Source of the DNA: Thecamonas trahens ATCC 50062
Taxonomy: Eukaryota > Protista > Apusomonadida
Length of the DNA: 7,995 nucleotides
Direction: 5' to 3'
NCBI RefSeq assembly: GCF_000142905.1
Contig: NW_013657591.1
Location: forward strand, 1-7,995
Below, in pieces: positions 1-7,147 of this stretch. The translations under genes were made by a program, and so were the position numbers. The notes beneath the pieces are model-generated. The model searched no databases and was not told the DNA's origin. It was given only the letters and a program-made list of their open reading frames with translations. Within the stretch, counting starts at the first letter, position 1. Every line of letters starts with the position of its first letter.

Positions 1-737
1 AACCCTAACTTTTTCTGGGGCCCTACCCTAACCCTAACCCTAACCCTAGGGGGGGGGGGGGGGACCCTAACCCTAACCCTAACCCTAACCCTAACCCTAA
101 CCCTAACCGGGGGGGGGGGGCCTAACCCTAACCCTAACCCTAACCCTAACCCTAACCCCTAACCCTAAGGGGTAACCCTAACCCTAACCCTAACCCTAAC
201 CCTAACTAACCCTAACCCTAACCCTAACCCTAACCCTAACCCTAACCCTAACCCTAACCTCTTCCTCCTTGTCCTCCTCGTCCCCTAACCCTAACCCTAA
301 CCCTAACCTAACCCTAACCCTAACCCTAACCCCTAACCCTAACCCTAACCCTAACCCTAACCCTAACCCTAACCCTAACCCTAACCCTAACCCTAACCCT
401 AACCCTAACCCTAACCCTAACCCTAACCCTAACCCTAACCCTAACCCTAACCCTAACCCTAACCCTAACCCTAACCCTAACCCTAACCCTAACCCTAACC
501 CTAACCCTAACCCTAACCCTAACCCTAACCCTAACCCTAACCCTAACCCTAACCCTAACCCTAACCCTAACCCTAACCCTAACCCTAACCCTAACCCTAA
601 CCCTAACCCTAACCCTAACCCTAACCCTAACCCTAACCCTAACCCTAACCCTAACCCTAACCCTAACCCTAACCCTAACCCTAACCCTAACCCTAACCCT
701 AACCCTAACCCTAACCCTAACCCTAACCCTAACCCTA
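1..737. repeat. Telomeric repeat array (CCCTAA)n / (TTAGGG)n, chromosome left end
   Basis: 331-732 is 67 perfect CCCTAA units, followed by CCCTA. 1-330 is the same repeat with interruptions: G15 at 49-63, G12 at 109-120, G4 at 169-172, a non-telomeric insert at ~260-282 and a few 1-2 nt indels. The C-rich strand at the 5' end is the orientation expected for a true chromosome terminus. Confidence 0.98.
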
Positions 738-1081
738 GCTGATGCCTCATCAACCCTAGCCCCACTCCATTGCTTCCCACCGACCACCACTCACTCCACT
801 TGCCACTCACTGCCTCCTTGCCACCCCTACCCATCGCATGCATGACCCACATCCACATTCCCACCCACCTCACCATACTCATCCTCCACCCCACCATGCG
901 CATGGCTGTGCATGGGCGTGATTTGAGTCTTTGATGCTGATTCACAATCCCCATCGCCCCATTGACACTTGCCCGTGTCACTCGTTCGACCGAGTGGCAT
1001 GTGCGGGTTGTTGGGTGAATGTCATTCAACATTTTCATGATTCGCCACTTGTCACTTGTTCGATTGTTTGACATTCCATTG

Positions 1082-1111
1082 ATTGTCATTGATCATTGTC
1101 AATTGATCATT
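1082..1111. repeat. Short tandem duplication ATTGTCA(A)TTGATC x2
   Basis: attgtcattgatc (1082-1094), attgtcaattgatc (1095-1108), then att. Confidence 0.6.
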
Positions 1112-1455
1112 CGATTCCTTCTGCTTCTCTTGTTGTTGGCCGATCATGGTCTTTGTTCTTTGCCGTTCATGTTTCCACATGCTTTGTTGTTGCTTTTGTC
1201 GGCCTTCATGTTCTGTTGTGGTTGCTCTTGCTTTTGATGGTTGACCATAATTGACATGCATTCCCATTGATCATTCCTTTCGCTCTTATTGTTGCTTTGT
1301 ATCATTATTCGTCATGCTTCAATTGTTCTTGACTCCCCTGTTTTCTTCGACCTTGACTTCCACATCCACCATCGGGCCTTGCTCACTACACTTTCGATTC
1401 TCATCTTTGTTGTCGGTTGTCGTGGTCAATAGGTGTGCATGCAATGTATTGTCGT

Positions 1456-1496
1456 GGTCATGGTTGATCTGCAGATCTGATCGATCAACCGCGCCC
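1456..1496. repeat. Inverted repeat / hairpin with four GATC sites
   Basis: GGTTGATC (1462-1469) and GATCAACC (1483-1490) are exact reverse complements. The arms extend imperfectly outward, and the spacer holds the palindrome CAGATCTG. Confidence 0.6.
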
Positions 1497-2071
1497 TGTC
1501 TTATCGAGCTCAACGTGTCCCGAGTCCATCCCATTGCCTGCCAGCCTTACGCAGTCCCTGTTGGCTTACTAGTATGTGTGCTGTGTAAGCCATGTAGGAG
1601 CTGTGGTTGTTGGTGTGGCCATCATCGCCTCGTTTGATGCCCGCTCCGGCTTTTCTTCATTTATTTCAACGTTCAACTCCATTAATGTCTGCCGCTCTCC
1701 TCCTGCCGCCCAAACCCCTCCACCCTCATCCCCCACACCCCACATATACCCATCAGCCGTATCATACCCACCTTTATCAATGCTCAAGCCCAATCGCCAT
1801 ACCCATCATCCTTCGCCCGCGACGCCACCCACGTCACGACCCCCCTCATCCCCCCCTACCATACTCATCACGTCCGATCACCACAAACCACCACCCGCAC
1901 CCCCTAATCCACCACCATCACTATTATTCCAGCCACAACCGCCACCCCCATGCCTTGGCCATCCTCACCACTACCCCATCGTGCACCCCGCACTCGGCTT
2001 CCTCTTCCTCCTCATAGTCGTCCTCTCCCCGCCCCAGGTCACCCCCATCCTCACCCGCGACCCCGACACCG

Positions 2072-2115
2072 CCATCCGTCAACCATTACTTGCCATACTG
2101 CCCATCCGTCAACCA
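2072..2115. repeat. 14-bp direct repeat CCATCCGTCAACCA x2 (30-bp period)
   Basis: Exact copies at 2072-2085 and 2102-2115. Confidence 0.7.
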
Positions 2116-2438
2116 ACAGCAGTCTCAAGCCACCCAGCCCTGACCCAGCCCCCATAGCTTACCCGCCTCGCCGACCACCAGCCACCAGCCGCCGCCCGCT
2201 CGTCCGATCGGCCCACCTTCATCACCACTTAGCTTCTTCCCACTACCAGCTACACAACCCTCGACCACACCCAAGGTTATAACTCACCGTGCACTATTAC
2301 CAATACCAATATCGCTGTTGTCCATACCCATCGACCTCGGCTCACTTCCGCGTCGACTTGTTTGCCCTGGGTGGTTGAGCACGCCCTCGACCGCCCGACC
2401 CCGCACATGCCCCCCACCACACACATTGCAAGCTAAGC

Positions 2439-2889
2439 TCAATCTGATTTCACTACTGCCCTACTCCATGCCCACACTACCCCCATGCTCGGTGTCCAAT
2501 CCACAGCTGCAGTATTCCGGAATCCGAGTTCTGCCACCTGAGGCCCAACTTGTTGGCCCTGTGTCCCTTCGATGCTGCTGACCCCCCAGCCCCGGGCCCA
2601 TGCCCGCGGGTCATGCTCAGCGCCGAGCTGAGGGACGACGTAGAGGGGCACCAGCTCGGGGCGCGCCGCTGCCGGGAGCATGGGGAGCGTTGCGCGAGCC
2701 GAGTGGTGGCCGAACACGGCAAGCAGTCTCGTATGGAGTCGGGAGTCGAACGCATCCGCTCGCAAAGCGCCAAGCTCCATTTTACACCTTGAAATTCGAG
2801 GTGGAAAATTGCACCGGCGACAAAAATCGGCGTCAGGCCAACCCTTAGCAATAGCTGAGGGTCTGAGAAGGAGCAGTGCGCGCAGCAGT
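2439..2889 (-). CDS. Hypothetical protein or gene remnant, divergent from the GTPase gene
   Basis: ORF 2780->2439 (MELGALRADAFDSRLHTRLLAVFGHH...) has gene-like composition down to ~2590. Its frame stays open upstream to ~2889 (…PSAIAKGWPDADFCRRCNFPPRISRCK-M). A candidate branch point CTGAC (2892-2888) and acceptor TTCTCAG (ending 2863) suggest an upstream exon. No recognisable domain. Confidence 0.4.
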
Positions 2890-2978
2890 CAGACTTCCAC
2901 CCACAACAAACGTTAAGCGCCCAACCATGCATGGGAGAACGCGCAGAGAGGGGCGGCCATGCTGGCGTCACCCTTGGA

Positions 2979-3006
2979 ATAGCTATCGCCCGATAGCTAT
3001 CGCCCG
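2979..3006. promoter_or_regulatory. Tandem 14-mer ATAGCTATCGCCCG x2 containing the perfect palindrome CGATAGCTATCG; candidate promoter element
   Basis: Exact copies at 2979-2992 and 2993-3006; 12-bp palindrome at 2991-3002; about 115 bp upstream of ATG 3122. The repeat is directly visible; the regulatory role is inferred. Confidence 0.4.
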
Positions 3007-3121
3007 CACACGGCATGCAGTACCGCCGGGGCTCGCCACTACGCCCCCCTCCGGCGCTACACTCAACTATAACTCGACAACTCCGCTCTTCTTCCAACGG
3101 ACGTGAACTGAAACCTTTGCC

Positions 3122-6100
3122 ATGGTACGTCCCCCCCCCCCCCTCCCCCCTTTCCCCCTTCCTTTCGCCGTCTCCGTGTCGTGCCCCGCGTAGCACTTAC
3201 AGCGCCGTCCCCCCCCCGCCCACAGACCGACTCGAACAACGTTTTCGCCGGGTACCCGAACGACGTCGTCCGCGAGGCCCAGGCCGACGTCGACCTCTTC
3301 AACCGCGTGAATGCCGTCAACCATGTGGTTATTCCTCATTCTGTGACAACCCTCGCCGCCGTGCATAACGGCCACCTTGCCCAGCTCCGCCTCGGCGTGT
3401 GCCCTGACGACTGGCTGCTCGCGCGTGACGGCTCGTGGGAGCTCATCGCCAACGCCGACGCACCGTTTGATACCTCGGTCTGGACTTTTGCGCCGCATAA
3501 GCCTGGCGCCCCTCCGGCCACGATCTTTGATGCCCTGGGTCGCGACCCGGTCGACATCTTCACGGAGAACAACCGTGCTGCGCTCCAGCGTTCCCTCCGC
3601 TCAATGTTTGGCTGCCGTGCTCGGGGTATGCCCGTGCCCGAGCCTGAAGCCCTCCAAGCGTACCTCGCCGATCGCCTCGCCCGCGTGGCCGCCAACGCCC
3701 CGCTGACCCCGCACCGCTTCGACCTGCTCGTCTGCTCGTCATCCATTGTATTTGTCACTTTCGACAACCCGAACCATGACCTTGTGCCCGAGTCCACTAC
3801 CAACCCCGTCGTCTTCTTCGCCTCGCGCGAGGTCGGCTACCTCCGACTCGTCCCCCGGGCCGGCATCATCACGCCCCCGCCGACCGCAGCGCTCTTCGCT
3901 GAGTACGCGGACGGCCTGGTTCGCGTCACACCCAGCACTCACGTCGTCTCCATCGGCGATACCCGGCTTTTCAGCGCAGGGGATGCGAGCCGCGAAGAGC
4001 TCGCTTGCCGCGAGGCCAGCGCCGAGCTTTTCGAGTACGCCGAGGGTGGCGGTGTCGACACGTACGCTCTTCAGGCCCACGCGCGTGGTCTCGACGCCAT
4101 CGCTACCTCCATCGCTGACGCTCGCGGTCTCTCAAGCCGCAAGTTCATCGTCATCGGGGAGACGGGTGCCGGTAAGTCGACCGTCATCAACAAGCTCCTC
4201 GGCTCTGGCCGTTGCCGCCTTCTTCCACAGTGCAAGTCTCCTGGCACGTCCACCACCTTCGTCCGCACTGACATCTCCTACGCCCCGGACAACTACTCGC
4301 TCGACGTCACCCTCATTACTGCAGACATGCTCCACGAGGAGGCGCATGCCTACGCTGCCATTATGGCTGAGCGCCCGGACGAGCAGGACCAGACTCCGGC
4401 TGATGCCGCTGTCGTCTCGCGTGTTTCTCGCCTCTTCCGCGGCGATCCGGCCGGTCGCATCTACATCGACGCTGTTTGCAACATGGTGGCGTCCACGAAC
4501 AACGCCAACGACTGCGACAACGACGAAGAAGACGTTGCGGCCTCCTCGAGCACGCCTGCGTCGTCCTCTTCTCGCTCGCTCACCTCTCTGCTCGCCGACA
4601 CGCAAGCGTACCGCGAACTCGAAGACCTTCGCGCTGCTCGTCCGGCGCCCATCATCTCGGGTGACGTCAACGACATCGCCGCCGCCCTCCTCGGCGATGA
4701 CGTGCGTCAGCTTCTCATCCACCGGGTGGTCATCACGGGGCCGTTTCCGCTCCTGGCCTCAGGCGCCACCATTGTCGACCTCCCGGGTCTCAACGACGTC
4801 AACGCCGCGCGCCATCGTGACGCCATGGCTGTGCTGGACGCTGGCGGCTGCCACGCCGTGTACGTCGTCCGCGGCGGCATCTCGCCCACAGCGGCCGGCC
4901 GCGACCTTGCTCACCTCATCGCTGCCGCCCCTTTCCTCTCGATCACGCTCGTCGCCACGCACATCGACAGCAAGTACAACGACATCATGGACGAGATCGG
5001 AGATGACGAGCCCAACAACGTCGCAGCAGCTATCGCCGTCTCCAACACCCTCAACGCCATGCGCGATCTCTTTGGCGACGGCGTCATGCCGACGGTCAAC
5101 GACGAGCTCAGCCGCCATCCTGACCTTGTGCCCCCCGTCTATTACCACGCCGTGGCTTGCGCGGGCATGCTCGGCTTGGCTCGCGAGTGGAAGGGTATCG
5201 ATCACCTCTCCCTCCACCTTTCCAACATCGTCGCAGCCGCTGACCGCCGCATGGCTGCATGCTCTGCCCAAGCGATGCCCGCCTCGTCACTGTGTCCGCC
5301 GAGCTGGCTGGCCTCCCTGTCGACATGCCCGTGTCGTCCGATCCAAAGGCTGACAAAGCTGCCGCCGCCATCGTAGACGCCATCGCAGGTGCTGTCGCCG
5401 CTGCTGGAGAGGCCTTTCGTCTCCTGCAGGCTACCGACCTCCCGAACGTCACACGCACTGGCCAGCAAGCCGCGACCGCTGCACTCACCGCCATCAACCC
5501 CGGCTGGCCAACCGCCAGCGAGATGTGGGCATCGGCAAGGCGCGACGGCGAGTACGCGGCATATCCTGTCGCCAACCAGACCGCGGAACTTGCCCGCCGC
5601 CAGTCCGGCCCCGGCCAGGCCGCCATTGATCTCCTCGCCGAACTTGGCCGCTTGGTGATGGCCCACCGCGTGGCGATCTGCGCCGCTGCCGTGGCTGCCG
5701 CCGAGGCTGTCGGGGCGCCCGAAGACGACCCCGCCGCCAGCTCCTCTGCTTGTGGCGGTGCCGATGGTGGCGACGGTGATGGCGACGGTCCCGTCGTCTC
5801 CTCGTTCCCTACTGTCATCCCCGACGTCCGGGCGGCGGTCGAGAGCAGCCTTGACCGCTGCGATGCCGCCCTCCTCCGTCTCCATGCATCCGTCACCCGC
5901 GTTCCGACCCTCGACGCGGCCCGGTCGCAGCTTCAGCGGCGCATGTCGGCCGATTACGCGCATTGCGCCCAGCTGTGGGGCCAGGGTGTTCAACCCTCTT
6001 ATCGTGCTGTGGTCAGCGGCGCGCTGGCGCGCGCTGCTGCGCGCGAGATCCCCACGTGGCTCTACGAGCTCGTCGCTCGCCGCAGCACCGCCACCTCGCT

Positions 6101-6958
6101 CGCCATCGACGACATCATCGCCAACATCAACGACGTGCCCGCCAACATTACCACGGCCATTGTTCGCCCGTCCATCCGTGGCTCTCACCCGGGCGTGCGC
6201 GCCGCCATCGAGCTCCTCCGTGCCGGCATCGGCTATGTCGGCGAGGGCGTGCCCGACGCAGATCTCGCGAATCAGTTCGAGGCCAGCTTCGACGGCACTG
6301 CACTCCAGTGCGAGTACTGCCACGACCTTCTCGCCGACCCGCAGCCGCTTGCCCCCTCCCGGACGGGTCGGCGCACTTCTACTACTGCCGCGCGTGCATC
6401 GCTGTCTTTCCCTCCCAAGACCGCAACGTCCTTGACCAGCACACCCAGAAGTACGTCGACCCGTCCACAGTGGAGCTTTTCGCGGGCGAGATCCCGCCCG
6501 ATGCAGCCATCGACGCTCTCCTCGCCGCCCCGGCCGGCCAGGCGTGGCTCGCCTCGCAGCACGCGGACGAGTTCCGGCGCAGGCGTCTGGCGCCCCTTCC
6601 GGCTTTCTCCGACAACTCGGCGACTCTGAACACGGACGTCCACGCGGTCAGTGCCGCCCTTGCCCAGCATGTCCTGGTGGACGCGGCGACCATCGCCGCC
6701 GCCATCAACGCCCTCGCCGCCCAACGCGCAGCTGGCCACAACGACCGTCTCGCTCCTAGCCTCTACCGCCTCTTCTGCCTCGCGCTCGCCCTCAAGCGCG
6801 CATATGTCAACGCCGCCGGCATCGACTCGGATCTCGAAGCTTTCCGTGTCGAGCTTAATACCATGGCCGTTTCGTTGCAGCAAGTCAATGCCACCGCGCG
6901 GTACGTCGTGCCTCGTGACGTCGTCGACGCCCCCGTTCTGGACCTCGACGCCGCGTAG
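3122..6958 (+). CDS. Dynamin-superfamily GTPase, SLIP-GC/NUGGC-like, with a C-terminal RING/U-box-like motif; ~1245 aa after repairing two -1 frameshifts (sequencing errors or recent pseudogenisation)
   Basis: G1 GETGAGKS (4156-4179), Thr-rich G2 region STT (~4249-4257), G3 DLPG (4777-4788), G4 THID (4957-4968). The contexts 'LLP..T....ISY....YSLDVTLIT..MLHEE' and 'LIHRVVITGPFPLLASGATIVDLPGLNDVNAAR' resemble Dynamin_N proteins of the SLIP-GC type. GC3-biased coding passes from ORF 3181-5376 to ORF 5259-6629 at ~5270, and to ORF 5963-6958 at ~6352. Stop TAG at 6956-6958. Confidence 0.85.
3125..3225 (+). other. Spliceosomal intron (101 nt, phase 0) immediately after the start codon
   Basis: GCC-ATG|GTACGT donor, pyrimidine-rich body, branch-like CACTTAC (3194-3200), C-rich tract and CACAG| acceptor. 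Splicing gives ATG-ACC-GAC-TCG (MTDSNNVF), in frame with the long ORF, which otherwise has no nearby ATG. Confidence 0.8.
4141..5220 (+). other. Dynamin-like GTPase (G) domain
   Basis: G1, G3 and G4 motifs occur in order, with a ~200-aa spacer between G1 and G3 as in dynamin-like proteins. The spacer includes an acidic/Ser-rich loop (~4498-4578). Confidence 0.88.
6309..6460 (+). other. RING/U-box-like Cys/His motif split by a frameshift
   Basis: CEYCHDLLADPQPL (frame of ORF 5259) joins [C]PLPDGSAHFYYCRACI (frame of ORF 5963). This follows the RING-HC pattern CxxC...L.DP..L.C..H..CxxCI, but the last CxxC pair is absent (DQHT instead). Confidence 0.6.
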
Positions 6959-7147
6959 CTCGTCACACCGTCACCGCCTGCACGCACCATCTCGATCACA
7001 ACCGTCGACCGCCCTCCACGGTGGCCGGCAAGGAGCTCGGTGCGGCGCGCACGCCTCGGCACCCCACATCGTCGGCCCCCCTCACCCGGGGCCGGCAAGG
7101 AGACGCGCGCGCACAACCGCTACACCAACAAACAACCGTAACTGACT

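Larger units (their letters stand above)
738..2438. other. Subtelomeric, apparently non-coding or decayed DNA (CpG-depleted; C/A-rich 740-900 and 1700-2340, T-rich 920-1460)
   Basis: No ORF here shows the GC3 codon bias of the downstream genes. Hand count for 1021-1320 gives about 8 CpG and about 39 TpG, against about 43 CpG in coding stretch 4681-4980. Confidence 0.75.

Noticed and set aside
269-742. (NP)n and (LT)n repeat ORF on the plus strand
   Set aside because: A trivial translation of CCCTAA repeats, with no evidence of a gene.
2072-2115. CRISPR-like repeat-spacer-repeat
   Set aside because: Only two 14-bp copies with a 16-bp spacer, in a eukaryotic context with no cas genes.
1019-2282. 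Short ORFs in the subtelomere (1019-1237, 1251-1637, 1569-1793, 1576-2157, 1607-2017, 1950-2282 and others)
   Set aside because: Leu/Phe- or Pro/His-rich products that mirror base skew, with no GC3 bias and no motifs. 1569-1793 (-) could be a decayed exon, but I cannot support that.
738-3100. Telomere-associated retroelement, telomere-linked RecQ helicase or DNA transposon
   Set aside because: No RT, endonuclease, helicase or transposase motifs, and no LTR, poly(A) tail or clear terminal inverted repeats are visible.
4957-4968. G4 motif THID rather than TKxD, taken as a sign of an inactive GTPase
   Set aside because: The specificity Asp is retained, His at this position occurs in other GTPases, and G1 and G3 are intact.
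5259-6365. Programmed -1 ribosomal frameshifting or small introns as the cause of the frame changes
   Set aside because: Neither site has a canonical X XXY YYZ slippery heptamer or a GT...pyrimidine tract...AG intron, and coding-like sequence abuts both sides.
3336-6883. Long antisense and alternate-frame ORFs over the GTPase gene (e.g. 3746-5353 +, 4132-4722 -, 5202-6323 -, 6272-6883 -)
   Set aside because: Shadow ORFs expected in high-GC3 coding DNA: Ser/Pro/Thr/Arg-rich or antisense mirror translations.
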